IMG/VR virus record: IMGVR_UViG_3300033233_000009
Location: 60,598-124,597 of that record
Origin: a virus
DNA length: 64,000 nucleotides
Direction: 5' to 3' (one strand)
Part shown: piece by piece, positions 46,811 to 57,910 of the stretch
Layout of the letters: each line of letters starts with the position of its first letter
Numbering within the stretch: position 1 is the first letter of the stretch
Program-made: the position numbers and the translations under genes
Notes under the pieces: model-generated
What the model was told of the DNA's origin: nothing
The model's input: only the letters and a program-made list of their open reading frames with translations
Databases searched by the model: none

Positions 46811-49800
46811 CAGCGCCGCCGGCCCGGGTGCGCGGTGGCAAACAGTCGCCCCGCCTTCGCCGACATCTGCATCGGATGCCCCGGGTCGTCCTGTCCCGCG
46901 AAGAACTCGTGCGACGTTTCGTAGTCGCGAACCGGTACCTGCCAGCGAGCCACGAGCGCGTACGCCGTCGGCGCCGACACGACGGCCTGCTCGCGGCCGA
47001 GCACGAGCCTCCAGGGAGAGCCGCGGTCGTACGGATGCTCCAGGTACAGCCCAGCCTGTCCGGTGTCCTCCTGGTTCGGCGTCCACCCGTGCGGCGTTGC
47101 GTCGTCCTCGTCCTCCTCGTCGGGATCCTCCTCCTCCGGCTCGGGCTCCATTTCCGCAACCGACACGTGCATCCCCTGGAAGGCGCGGTTCGCCGCGTGC
47201 GACGGCGCGAGCCGCAGCCCGAAGTTGTCGCTGCGCCAGACGGGCAGACCGGTCGCCGTGCTCCGAATCTCGAAGTAGATGTCGTCGTTCGTGATGTCCT
47301 CGGTGCTGCGCCGGATCAGCGTGTCCAGGCTGCCCGCGTAGTCCCACACCGCCCCGCTGTCTTCCTTGAACGACGCCCAGGTCACGCCGACGCCTTCCAT
47401 TTCGCGCGCGCGATCGTAGCGGGCCTGCTCGTCGTACTTGTCAGCCAGGGGCGGCAGGTAGTCATCAGCGTCGCTCCCTGCTGGGGCCGGGGCGGCACCC
47501 GCGAGCGGCAGCCCGAAGCGCTTGTCGCGCCAGACGGCGCGGCCATCGGCTTCCTTGTCGCGCCACTCCACGTCGCGGAGCCCATGACCACGCGCCATCT
47601 GCTCGCTGGTCAGGTCGTCGGTGAAGTACTCTCGGTCTGCCATCTCTCCGACGAACATCGAGTAGCGGTATCCGCTTGCGCGCGTTGTCCGCTGGCGCTC
47701 CTCCTCCAGCACCGCATCAGCGAGCGGAGGGAACGCGGCGGGCTTCTTGCCACGCGCCCGTCCCTCGGCCAGCGGCAGAGAGAAGCCCTCGGTCCGCCAG
47801 GCGACCTTGCCGCCACGCGCAGACCCCAGGGCCCGCGCCGCCACTGCCTTCCGAATCTCCCGGATCTGCCGCTCCTTGCCCGCGCACCGCGCGACGTTGC
47901 GCGTGAACGCCGACGCGAACGCCTCGTCGTGCTTCTCCTTCTGGATGCCCTCGTCCTCGGGCTCGCAAAACGAGTAGTAGATCCCGTCCGCCATGTGCGT
48001 GACCTCGTGGATGGCCAGCGCGTAGAGCGTGTTCAGATCCTCCTCGTCCACGATGCCGTACAGTTCGTCCTTCGCCGGCTTCTTCCCGCGCTCCGTCGGT
48101 ATCGCGCTCGGGATGCGGTACGGGTTCAGCAGCAGCCAGTGCTCCCCGGTGTTGGAGTCCCGCTGGTAGGCGGCAAGCATGCCGTGGTCGAAGATGAAGC
48201 CGACGCCGTAGGGCTCGGGGCTGCCGACCTGGATCAGCACGAAGCGGCACAGCTCCGCCCAGAACCGCGCGAGCTTCTTCATCGTGGGGCTCATGCCCTC
48301 GGGCCAGAACATCTTGGGCACGTGGTAGCCGGGCACGACGTTGACCAGCAGGAAGTCCGGCTCCCAGACGAGCTGCTTCACGGCAGCCTCGACCGCGGTG
48401 GGGCCCGGCATGATCGTCCCGTCGAGCATCGCACTCACCAGCCCGCCGAAGGCGCGGAGATTGAGTCCGGTGTGCCCGATATCCATGAAGCGCGGCTCGC
48501 TGCCAGCTCCGGGCGCTTCCCACTGCGGCTCGCCACCGGCTCCCGGCTCGCCCCACTGCGGCTCACCGCCCGCCCCTGGCTCGCCCCACTGCGGTTCGTC
48601 GCCGCCAGGCGCGCCGCGCGGCGCTCCATGCACCGTCTCGGTGACCTCCCCGCCGCCCTCCTGGTCGATGACCTGGCGGATCAGGTCGCGCTGCGCCTCG
48701 CTCAACGCGGGCCCGCCGCGCGTCTTGCCGGCGGGCACCACTTCCTCCAGGTGCTTGAGCACGTTCGCTTGCAGCGCCTTCTCCGGGGCGCCGTGAAACT
48801 TGCCGGTGCCGTGGAACTTCTCGCGGATGATCCCCTGCTTCTTCTTCAGTGCGCTCCGCACGTCCGCCGACAGCGACGTGGTGAACTTCTCGATGGACTG
48901 CTTCAGTCCCCAGTCGCGGAAGCCGTCGCGGTTGTCGGTGAGCAGATCCACCGACGCCCCGGTCAGCTCGATGATCAGCATCCCCTTCACCGACTCGGAC
49001 ACGTCCAGCTCGAACATGAACAGGCCCATCGTGCGGACCAGCAGCCGCCCCGGCTTCTTGCTCTTGTCGTGGTAGAGCGTCGCCTTGCCGCCGCCGAACG
49101 TGCGGATCTCCTCACCCGGGGCCAGGTCCGCCTTGTGCGTCTTGCCGTTGACGGTAAGCCGGACGCCCGGCAGGTAGCACTTCTCGATATACGCGATGGC
49201 GCACGACTCGTGCGTGGTCTGGTCGGGCGCCATCACGACGCGCAACTCGGTCCCCTGACGGAACGGGGAGTCGTCGCGCACCGGAGGCGTGCCGCCCTGG
49301 CCGACCATGCGCTGGCCCAGCGAGTCGATGCTCCACGCGAGCCAGGGCATCACGAGCAGCTCCTTGGCCTTCCCGAAGCCACCCGCGGTGCCAGCGCTCG
49401 ACGTTTTCGAGGTACCCCCGAGCATCAGAAACTTCTCCATGATCGGCACGGCCATGCCCTTGCCGTTGTCCGTGACGGACGCCGCAAAGCCCTCGGGCAC
49501 GGGCTCGACTCGGCAGTCGATCCTCGTCGCGCCCGCGTCGGCACTGTTCTGGATGGCCTCGCGCCACCACTTCTCCTGCCAGTCGTGGTAGGTCTTGAGC
49601 GCGCTGCTGTAGAAGTTCTCGTCGATGCCCCACTGCATCGTCACCGGGGGGTTCGGCGCGAACCGGGAACCCTCGGTGACGCGCACCGCGATCCACTTCG
49701 ACCCATCGACCTCGTACCGCTCGCCGATGTAGGTCGCGCGCTCGTCCGCGACCATGGCCTCCAGGCCGCCGTAGGCCGGGTCCTGCGCGCGCGCCGAGTA

Positions 49801-49869
49801 GACGCCGGGGCGCAGCACCGCGTCGTCGGCCAGCGGCTCGACCAGGATGTTCGCGTGCACCTCGCCCAT
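46810..49869 (-). CDS. GHKL (HATPase_c) ATPase fused to an HEXXH metallopeptidase-like domain, 1019 aa
   Basis: REAIQNSADAGA; VTDNGKGM; GGFGKAK; GTEL; LAIHEVTH..HDEAF; GGEPQWGEPGA repeats. Confidence 0.8.
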   Translation of the reverse strand: MGEVHANILVEPLADDAVLRPGVYSARAQDPAYGGLEAMVADERATYIGERYEVDGSKWIAVRVTEGSRFAPNPPVTMQWGIDENFYSSALKTYHDWQEKWWREAIQNSADAGATRIDCRVEPVPEGFAASVTDNGKGMAVPIMEKFLMLGGTSKTSSAGTAGGFGKAKELLVMPWLAWSIDSLGQRMVGQGGTPPVRDDSPFRQGTELRVVMAPDQTTHESCAIAYIEKCYLPGVRLTVNGKTHKADLAPGEEIRTFGGGKATLYHDKSKKPGRLLVRTMGLFMFELDVSESVKGMLIIELTGASVDLLTDNRDGFRDWGLKQSIEKFTTSLSADVRSALKKKQGIIREKFHGTGKFHGAPEKALQANVLKHLEEVVPAGKTRGGPALSEAQRDLIRQVIDQEGGGEVTETVHGAPRGAPGGDEPQWGEPGAGGEPQWGEPGAGGEPQWEAPGAGSEPRFMDIGHTGLNLRAFGGLVSAMLDGTIMPGPTAVEAAVKQLVWEPDFLLVNVVPGYHVPKMFWPEGMSPTMKKLARFWAELCRFVLIQVGSPEPYGVGFIFDHGMLAAYQRDSNTGEHWLLLNPYRIPSAIPTERGKKPAKDELYGIVDEEDLNTLYALAIHEVTHMADGIYYSFCEPEDEGIQKEKHDEAFASAFTRNVARCAGKERQIREIRKAVAARALGSARGGKVAWRTEGFSLPLAEGRARGKKPAAFPPLADAVLEEERQRTTRASGYRYSMFVGEMADREYFTDDLTSEQMARGHGLRDVEWRDKEADGRAVWRDKRFGLPLAGAAPAPAGSDADDYLPPLADKYDEQARYDRAREMEGVGVTWASFKEDSGAVWDYAGSLDTLIRRSTEDITNDDIYFEIRSTATGLPVWRSDNFGLRLAPSHAANRAFQGMHVSVAEMEPEPEEEDPDEEDEDDATPHGWTPNQEDTGQAGLYLEHPYDRGSPWRLVLGREQAVVSAPTAYALVARWQVPVRDYETSHEFFAGQDDPGHPMQMSAKAGRLFATAHPGRRR

Positions 49870-49872
49870 GGC

Positions 49873-50580
49873 TCAGTCCTCTCCGACGGCGTCGGCCGAC
49901 GCCTGCGCGACGCGCTCCCACTCCGCGGGATCGGTCACGTCGTCCACGCCCCACTCGTAGCTCACGAGGTACTGGCCGTGCTTCAGCGTCGTGTGGCCGA
50001 TCTGCGTCAGGTCCGCCTCCGCAGCCTCGACCACCTTCAGGAACTGCGGGTCGTCCCAGTCGGACCACCGTGGGTCCGACCATTCCGGGTTCCACGGGAT
50101 GCCCTCGGCCTCCGCTGCTTCCTTCAGCTCGGCTTCGGCCACGTCGGTGAAAAACCCGGCGTAGTCGTTGTCGTCGAGCCACTCGACCGCAGCCTCGAAA
50201 GCGGACTCCAGGTGGTCGCCCCAGGCGTACACGATCGTCGTGCCGATCTGACCGAACCAGAAGCGGTAGAGCGACTTGGCGTCCGCCGCATCGTGCGGGT
50301 TCGCCACGTTGAGTTCCTCGTCCGCCTGCCAGGTGTCGGGCGGCGCGTTCGGCGTGTGTCTCGGCGTGTGCATCCCCCTGAGATCCCTGATCAGCAACCA
50401 TTTGCGGGTGCCGGAAGCATCAAACCCTCTTGCCTCCGCCGCTGCAACGACCCGTTCTATCTGCTCTCGCGTCAGCGCGGACACGTCGAGCGTGACTTCG
50501 CTTTTGCGGGCCTCCACCCGATCCAAGATCAGGTCCAGCATGGTCCGCCCGGCGGACGCGGGCGCCTTCGCACGGCTCAC
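49873..50580 (-). CDS. acidic hypothetical protein
   Basis: GTG at 50580 after GGAGG; coding bias. Confidence 0.6.
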   Translation of the reverse strand: MSRAKAPASAGRTMLDLILDRVEARKSEVTLDVSALTREQIERVVAAAEARGFDASGTRKWLLIRDLRGMHTPRHTPNAPPDTWQADEELNVANPHDAADAKSLYRFWFGQIGTTIVYAWGDHLESAFEAAVEWLDDNDYAGFFTDVAEAELKEAAEAEGIPWNPEWSDPRWSDWDDPQFLKVVEAAEADLTQIGHTTLKHGQYLVSYEWGVDDVTDPAEWERVAQASADAVGED

Positions 50581-50729
50581 CGCGCCCTCCGCGTCCTGAG
50601 CATCTTCGGGAGGAACACCGCGGCGACGAGCAGGGCCGCGCCTGCCACCCACGGGGTGGGGTTCACCGTCGGGACGATACCCTCGCCAAGCGAGCGGCGG
50701 TGCAAGGTGGGGACGTACATGCCGACAGG

Positions 50730-51263
50730 CTACCGGCTACGCCCCCCGGGACGCCACTTTTCGGTCGGCGCGACCCGCGCGCCCGCCAGAGCCACGGCGG
50801 CCGCATCGGCGGCGTGCTCGCTCAGGGTGCCAGGCCAGGGCCCGATCCGCGCCAGGACCGCGCGCTTGACCTGCGCCTTGGGCGCCGTCCGGGGGAGCCC
50901 CAGACACGCCCGCCACGTCGCCGGCTCGACCTCGACCAGGGGGACGCGGTACTGCCACGCCAGGGCCCGTAGGAGCCCCGTCACTTCCCGGACGGCCAGC
51001 GCCCCGTCCGAGGTGGTCCCGCGCTCCCGGTGGCCCGCCTGGGCGCGCGCCTGGGCCTCCACGGCGAGCAGGTCCACGGGGCCATCGACGGACACCAGGA
51101 TCTGTCGCACCCGCTCCCAGATGACGTGCAGCCGAGCCGCAAGCGGCTGGTCCGGCCGGGTGCGGATCGTTTCGAGCAAGGTCGGCACCCACCGCTGTCC
51201 CTCGCTCCGTAGCAGGGCCAGCCCGCAGGTCGCGAAACCGGGGTCGGTCGCCAAAACTCTCAC
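50730..51263 (-). CDS. ruvC: RuvC-like Holliday junction resolvase
   Basis: VLATDPGFATCGLA; LAVE; VEVEPATWR; KAQVKRAV; HAADAAAVA. Confidence 0.88.
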   Translation of the reverse strand: MRVLATDPGFATCGLALLRSEGQRWVPTLLETIRTRPDQPLAARLHVIWERVRQILVSVDGPVDLLAVEAQARAQAGHRERGTTSDGALAVREVTGLLRALAWQYRVPLVEVEPATWRACLGLPRTAPKAQVKRAVLARIGPWPGTLSEHAADAAAVALAGARVAPTEKWRPGGRSR

Positions 51264-51806
51264 TTGTACGATCGCCGTGTTACGATCATCCAGATCGCGT
51301 CTAGCGTCACGCCGTGTTCCCGCGCAAGCGCTGTTTGCTTTTCACCCGAAGCGACCCGGCGCCGCACGTCCTCGGCTACTGTTCGCGAGAGCCGTTTCTG
51401 GGGTCCCCTAAGCCCCTTTCGATACCGACCCTTCGCCATCATATCCGCATTGTTCTCTCGCACCGTGCCGAGAAAGAGGTGTTCCGGCCTGACGCAAGCA
51501 GGGGTGTCGCACTTGTGGAGTACGCAGAGCAACCCGGTGGGCGAGCGCCGCGGTCCGCGCGGGTCGCCTCCTCCCGTCCACCATGAATTCCCCGTAACCT
51601 TTCGGATTTCTGTGGGCAACCCACAACCAGCAGGTATCCGACTTCTGCACCTTCGCCCAGAAGCGCCGAGACGGTTCGCGAACCTCGCGCGTCTTTGAGT
51701 GCTGCGTCAGAACGCTGCACCGAATGCTACAAAACTTCGCGACCATCGCCAGGTACGGCGGGACGCGACGCTCTTTTCCGCACCACTGGCACGTGATGAT
51801 CGGCAT
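51260..51806 (-). pseudogene. frameshifted HNH endonuclease
   Basis: Frame A: CQWC..FCSIRC..RFWAKVQKSDTCWLW..GYG..AHRVA; frame B: CVLHKCDTPACVRPEHLFLGT..NNADM + HTH; shift near 51530 with a likely deletion. Confidence 0.75.
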
Positions 51807-52672
51807 CTTTTCGATAGACGGTACTGGCCGCGAACCCATCCACAAAGTGATACTGTGGCGCCCGTGCAGCGCCACCCCGCCGTCCAGTGGATCGTGTTCC
51901 AGCCCGTTCCGGGCGGCGTGCACATCCGCTGCGAGGCGTGCGGCGCGACCGCCACGCTCGCTCCCACGCAGGCTGACGCCTTCAGCCGACAGCACGCGCA
52001 GCATCGGAGCGCGTCGCCCTCACACCTCGGGCTCGGTGATGTGGTCGCCCGGGTCGCGCAGCCCGTCGCTCGGATGCTCGGGCGCCCCGAGACCTGCACC
52101 CCCTGCGAGCGTCGCAAGCACGCGCTGAACTCCGTCCTGCCTGCCGTATGGCGGCGCTGAGCCCATGCCCATGCCCTCGACCTCGTCGAGCAGCGCGTCG
52201 AAGTCGGCGTCGTCGCTCTCCGCCAGCGACGCCGCCTTCGCCTTCCTCGCCAGCCGGTCGCGCATGAGGCGGTCCATGAGCGTCTGCTGCTGCTTGACCT
52301 CCGTCCAAGGATCCGGCTGCGCGGGCTTCGGCGGACCCGCCAGTGCCGCGACCGCTTGCTCGCGCTCCCATTCCTCCGTGCAGTGGGCGAACCAGTCGTC
52401 CGCCATCTTGATCACGGCGCGCACGACTTCCGCCCGGCTGCGGCCCGCCCAGTCGGCGAGCATGCGCTTGCGCTGGGGCACGAGGACGCCCAGAACCCAC
52501 TCGAAGTCGATCCAGCCGACTCCAGACGATGGCACGATGGAAGCGGTCACCTTTGCGCCGGGCACTCCGATGCCTCGGCGCTCGTTCCAGATCGCCTCGA
52601 CGGCAGCGCCGGCATCGGCGCCCACCGCGACGTGCTCACTCGACCCGCTCTGCCACACGCTGACCTCGTAGC

Positions 52673-52909
52673 TCAGGGCCGAAGTCCCTCGATCCACTCG
52701 ATGATCGCGCGGTTGAAGGACATCTGCTTGCCCTCTTGCTTCGCGCGACGGGCGCAGTGGTCGAGCAGGCGCGCCTTGTGCGCCCGGTCGATGCGGAGCG
52801 TGATGACCTCGTAGTCCTTCACGACGGCGCCGTTACCGTGTCCGTTCGGCCTCGCCCTCGCGGGCTTCCGGGGGTTACTCTTGCGTGCGATAGCGGATCT
52901 GACTGCCAT
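52673..52909 (-). CDS. RHH-like small regulator
   Basis: ITLRIDRAHKARLLDHC..SFNRAIIEWI; leaderless promoter TTGACG-N17-TAGGGT (52944-52916). Confidence 0.6.
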   Translation of the reverse strand: MAVRSAIARKSNPRKPARARPNGHGNGAVVKDYEVITLRIDRAHKARLLDHCARRAKQEGKQMSFNRAIIEWIEGLRP

Positions 52910-52989
52910 GGCGCCACCCTAGCCCCTGGCAGCAGCGCCGTCAACCGCCTTGGCAGCCCGGCCGAAACCGGCTATCCTGCCGGGGCCGG

Positions 52990-53172
52990 ATGACCTACGA
53001 GTATCAGTGCACGGATCTGGCCTGCCAGCACAAATGGGAGGCCGAGCAGCGCATCACCGAGCCCGCCATGACGGTCTGCCCGGCCTGCGGCAGGGACACG
53101 GCGCGGCGTCTGATCTCGCAGACCACGTTCATCCTGAACGGGACCGGATGGGCGAACAAGGGAGGGTACTGA
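52990..53172 (+). CDS. FmdB-family Zn-ribbon protein
   Basis: MTYEYQC..C.H.WE..CPACG..RRLIS..FILNGTGW. Confidence 0.85.
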   Translation: MTYEYQCTDLACQHKWEAEQRITEPAMTVCPACGRDTARRLISQTTFILNGTGWANKGGY

Positions 53173-53175
53173 GAG

Positions 53176-53505
53176 ATGAGCACCGTGTCGAACTACATCC
53201 TGTCCATCTCGGGCATGGAGGAGGACGGGGACGACGAGTACCCGAACGTCGCGGCGCTCAACGAGCGGCTCGTGAACGAGCACGGCGGCTCGGTGGGCGA
53301 CGGCTTCCAGCTTGCTCGCTACGGCGGAACGAAAGGCAAGGCGTGGGAGGCGTCGATCTTCATGCTCGCCGCGAACTACGTCGGCGCGGCGGAAGTGGCT
53401 CATGCCATTCGTGAGGTGCCCTGGACCGATCCCGACGAAGTGCAGCTATTCGCGAAGCACCAGGAAGCCCTGACCTTCGTCGAGGTCGAGTGGTGGGTCC
53501 CATGA
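53176..53505 (+). CDS. hypothetical protein
   Basis: coding-like ORF. Confidence 0.6.
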   Translation: MSTVSNYILSISGMEEDGDDEYPNVAALNERLVNEHGGSVGDGFQLARYGGTKGKAWEASIFMLAANYVGAAEVAHAIREVPWTDPDEVQLFAKHQEALTFVEVEWWVP

Positions 53506-55569
53506 GGACGACGTACCTCATTACCGCCGTAGAGGACGTCGAGGACGGCTGGCTTCTCGGTGTTGAGGGCGCGACCTTCGTCGCGTGCCCCTCCTACCTC
53601 TGTCGGGTACGTCCTGCCGTCGGAGAGGTGATGGTTGTGCAGGACGGCGCCATCACGATCGGGGACCGGGTGTACCGCTCTTTGGACGTGGCCGGTGTTA
53701 CATGACGGGTGGGCGAAGGATGGCTACTAACTGCACTCCCAGCGCCCAGGCCGACTCCTGTCAGGATCTCATCCATCCGGTGACCCACGCCGCGAGCGCC
53801 GCTGGTACGCCGCTCTGTCGGCCGCATCCAGACTCCAGTCGGAATGGGCCGTACGTGGAAGGGCCGGTCGTTCCGGGTGTGGACTTCGACGACGTGCACG
53901 TGTCGCACGCCTGTCGGCGGTGCAAGTACATAAGGCTGTGGACGTGATGGCCCAGAAGCAGACCGTCTTCGTCAAGCATATCCCGACGGCGCTCACCGAC
54001 GTGCTGGAGCGCCTGATGAAGAAGGACGAGGCGCAGCGCGGCTTCGTCATCGTCGAGCACGACCCGACGGGGCGGTACTTGCAGTTCTGCACGGAACCCG
54101 TGACAGGGAAGCTCCTGTTCGACGAGGGCGGCTTCACGAACAGTGTACGGCTGCCGCCGTACGTGATGAAGCCCATGCCGACCGTGCGCTCCGCCGTGCT
54201 CAGTGCGGAGATGCTCGTGCGGAGCATGAACGGGCCGGGCTGGTCCCTCCGCGGCGACGACGAGGTCACGATCACGGAGGACGACAGTGAAAGTCGCTGG
54301 CGCGGCCTGAAGCGCAAGGTGAAGTCCTGGCTCGCCGGCCCCGAGGGCGCGCCAGAGCCGGAGCCAACGGAGGCGTGATGCGCGCGCGCGACCCCGACCA
54401 CGTCTTCTCGCTCTCCTGGGCGACGCCGTGCTTCCTGGGGTTCACAGGGCTCCTCGTCTACCTCGCCCCCTACGTCACGACGGCGTTCGTCCTTTGCTTT
54501 GCGTACTGGGTGGGCGGGGACGGGGCCGGCTCGGTCACCCGGGCCCGAATCTCCTCGCTCGCGCTGCTCCTCACGTTCACCCTGGCGGCGAGCACGCTTC
54601 ACATGGAGAACGTCCGTCACCGGGAGCTGATGCTGAGCCCGGTTCTGTTCCTGACCTTCGCCTCGGCGGCGGTGCGGAAGCGGTCCCGGATCTGGCCCGG
54701 GTAGCACGGCGATGTACCTGCTCATCGCGTACCTGCTCGTGACCGGAGCGCTCGCGCTCTTTCTGCTGCCCGGCTTCCTCGCCGACCTGCACGAGCCTGG
54801 GGACGATCCCGTGTGGGTGCTCGTCGTGGGCTACGTCGCCTGCGTCGTCGCGTGGCCGGTCATGCTTCCGGTGCTGCTGAAGTCCAAAGGCGAGTGATGG
54901 GGCGCGCGCGGGTGGACTGGTCGGCCACCGACGCGGCGATCCTCGCCGTACTCCGGCAAGCGCAGCAGCCACTCCGCAGCCGGGAGATCAAGCAGCGCAG
55001 CGGAGTCCCGCCGCTGCACTTCGACATCCGGCTACAGATGCTGAAGCGCCGCGGCCTCATCGTATGTGATGGCCGCACGACGGCTGGCAGGTGGAAGATA
55101 TGGCGATGGCCCGCGAGTACCAGGCGCTGACGAAGGCCAAGTTCGGACCCGGTGGCCCCGGTTGCCGATGCTGCCAGCCGCATCACACCAAGCTCACCGC
55201 GCGCCGCGTGGTGCGTCGTAAGTCTCGGCAGGAGACAAGGCTGTTGACCAGCCACCCGCCCGAGTACGAGCCGGACCCGTGGGACGACTACCTGCTCTCG
55301 TACGACTGGGAGGAGGACCGCCTTTGGGGACCGAATGCCGGCGTTACCTGGCGCATGACAGAATCGCCGTTCCGGCTGGTGCCCGCGTGGGTGCGTGACG
55401 ATGCCGCGGAGGCGTACGAGAGAGAGCGCGCACTCTGGGCGCTCGCAGGAGAGCCGCTCTGCTTGACCTGGGGCGTCCCAGTGTCGCTGTGCGACGAGAT
55501 GCGATTCTTCCTTCAGACGCTCGTTACCGCGCACGATGACCTGCTCATCGTGACCGGCTGCTGGCACGA

Positions 55570-56145
55570 CTAGGACAGCCACTGCCAGAGCGCGCCGGCC
55601 CAGCCCGCGTAGCCCGCCACCGTCGGCTGCACCCCGTCCGGGCCGCGCGGCAGCGTCAGCGCCGTGGCGGTCGGGAAGTACCGCGGCGACGGCTCGCCCT
55701 CACGCGCCCGCACGCTGGCCGGTGGTGCCACCGGCGGCCCGATCCAGACGACCTCGGCGCCCGCTGCCTGGATGGCGGTCAGCAGACCCTTCAGCGCCGT
55801 CGCCTGCTTGGCCCCCGCCGCGCCGTTCGCTGCCGGCACGTCGAGCGCCACGACCACGAGCGTCGGCTTGAACGCCGCGAGCTTCGCTGCCAGCTCCGGC
55901 CGCACGGCCCACTCGTCGGTGCGCAGCGGCTTCGTGCCGCTCGGGACGCCCACCGAGTCGAACGGTACCTTCTGCTCCTTCGCGAGTGCGCCGAGCGGGG
56001 GACCGAGCCCGCTCGCGAACGCCCCGCCCACGAGCAGCAGGCGCGTTGCACCCCCGGGCACGATCTTGGGCCCACGGCGCACCAGGCGCGCAAGGCCGAC
56101 GCCTGCCACCACGGCCAATCCACCGTACAGCCAGCGGCGATCCAT
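55570..56145 (-). CDS. membrane-anchored SGNH/GDSL-fold protein, catalytic residues degenerate
   Basis: N-terminal TM; LLLVGGAF (GDS position); KPTLVVVAL; VVWIGPP; PDGVQPTVAGY (DxxH position). Confidence 0.6.
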   Translation of the reverse strand: MDRRWLYGGLAVVAGVGLARLVRRGPKIVPGGATRLLLVGGAFASGLGPPLGALAKEQKVPFDSVGVPSGTKPLRTDEWAVRPELAAKLAAFKPTLVVVALDVPAANGAAGAKQATALKGLLTAIQAAGAEVVWIGPPVAPPASVRAREGEPSPRYFPTATALTLPRGPDGVQPTVAGYAGWAGALWQWLS

Positions 56146-57007
56146 CGTCGCCGTGCAGCCTACCTGCGGCTACTGCGTCGCCGCAAGTTTTGCGCAGCGT
56201 CGCTCACGGCGCTCGACCGGCGGCGGCTCACTCAGCGGCTCGGCAAGCGTCGTGCGACAGGTACAGTGTCGCAATTCCAACCAAGTTCCGTCGCCCGCGT
56301 CCTGGTAGCCGCACAGCGGCAGGCTGGTCCACTCGACGGTCTGCCCACAGCATCGACAGCGGCGCTTCATGGCGAAACCGTCCCAATAGCGCGTTCGATG
56401 GTCGTGAGCAACTTCTCCGCGGCCACCGGATCGTCCTTCACGGCGTCGTGCAGGATCAGTGCGGCGCCGGGCATTTCGTACGAGCGCACGAGCGCGTTGT
56501 TCGCGTCGCACTCCTCGACCACGCGCCCCTCCCCCTCGCCCAGGATCAGAAGGAACCAGTGCCCCCCGTATTGCAGGAGCAGCTCCGCGGCGTACGGCCG
56601 CGGGGAGCGCCTGCACGCCTCCACGTGGTCGTCGAGCGCCTCACGGATCAGCCAGAGCAGCGGCAGTTGTCCGAGGACGGCCCCGGCCAGTGCAGCGACC
56701 GCGGCACGCCGGTCGAGTGCAGCCTGCGCGGCACTCACCGCCGACATTCTGGCGGCCCTTCCGCGCCGTGCCGCTCTCAGGTGCGAGATGACCACGTGGG
56801 GGGCCAGCACCTTGCCGAACGTGCACTCCCAGAGATCCCAGCCCGGGTGTGCAGCATGCCGTACTCGACCGGATCCGCCTTGTGGGCTTCTTCCACCGTC
56901 TTCTGCTCGGCTTCGGTGAGGGCGCCTCCCGTGAACGCCTTGAGCATCAGTCGCTCCACGGCCGCCCACCGGATCTGCTTCTGCTGCTTCACGGGCTCGG
57001 TCCTCTC

Positions 57008-57385
57008 TTAGCGTCGCTCGCGGCGCCCGCGCTCCAGTAAGCACTGCACCTCGTGCAGCACATGCTGGTGCCCGCAGTCTGTCTCGGGAATCTCGCGAAG
57101 CACTGCAACGATGCGCTCGGCACTCCCCCGGAGCGTCACCTTCAGCTCCAGGTCTCGCCGCAGGTAGGCGATGGCTGCCTCCGGCGAATGGCCGCAGGCG
57201 CGGTCATTGCCTACCTGGACGGTCCACTCGACCTCGGCCCAGTTCTGACTCGGCATGTTGTTGTCGTGGCGTTCCCCCACGCGGTACATGAGACGTACCT
57301 CGGTGAGCACCGCATCCGGGAACTCCCGTTGCAGCAAAGCTAGCGCGGCGCGCGCCGCCTCCCTGGTCTCTCGGTGCTGGGTCAT
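57008..57385 (-). CDS. hypothetical protein
   Basis: GAGGT RBS. Confidence 0.55.
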   Translation of the reverse strand: MTQHRETREAARAALALLQREFPDAVLTEVRLMYRVGERHDNNMPSQNWAEVEWTVQVGNDRACGHSPEAAIAYLRRDLELKVTLRGSAERIVAVLREIPETDCGHQHVLHEVQCLLERGRRERR

Positions 57386-57615
57386 CGCGTCACCTCTTTC
57401 TTCCGCTCGGCCACGAGCACGTCGCGCAGTAGAGGAGTCCCCGTCAATCGGCGCTGAAGGCGTGCCCGAGAGGAGTCGCTGGCGACCAGCAACCCGTCAC
57501 GTAGCGCGACCCACCGGCCCGCGAACTCTCCCCGATGCGACTCCACCCATCGCATGTTGTCCCGGAGGTCTCCACGGCCACTCGCCGGAAGAAGTCTAGT
57601 CGGCGCGGTCGTCAC
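57382..57615 (-). CDS. DUF5678-like small protein
   Basis: WVESHRGEFAGRWVALRDGLLVASD. Confidence 0.55.
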   Translation of the reverse strand: MTTAPTRLLPASGRGDLRDNMRWVESHRGEFAGRWVALRDGLLVASDSSRARLQRRLTGTPLLRDVLVAERKKEVTR

Positions 57616-57910
57616 GCCCGCCTCCGCAGCCGCAGCCGCCGGCCGATTCGTACCCCGCGCACGGCGGCGAGGAGCTTCCGCGCATCGTCGCCACCGGGCA
57701 CCGCGAAGGACAGGCGCCCCTTACGCACCAGGAGCGCGAGCCGCAGGCAGCCGTCGCCCTCCGGCAGTGCGTCGCCGGCCAGGCACGCCATCGCGCGCTC
57801 GGCGTCTATCTCGGCGAACGCCCCCGGGTGCGCGTGGAAGCAGAGGTGCCCCTCGTCGTCCATCGTCACGACGTGGATCGCGTCGCCGCAACGAACTCGG
57901 TACCGCCCGC

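Noticed and set aside
46795-51411. 1538-aa plus-strand ORF and other long antisense ORFs (2434..4845, 38118..39818, 19217..21250)
   Set aside because: High-GC shadow frames opposite genes with clear motifs
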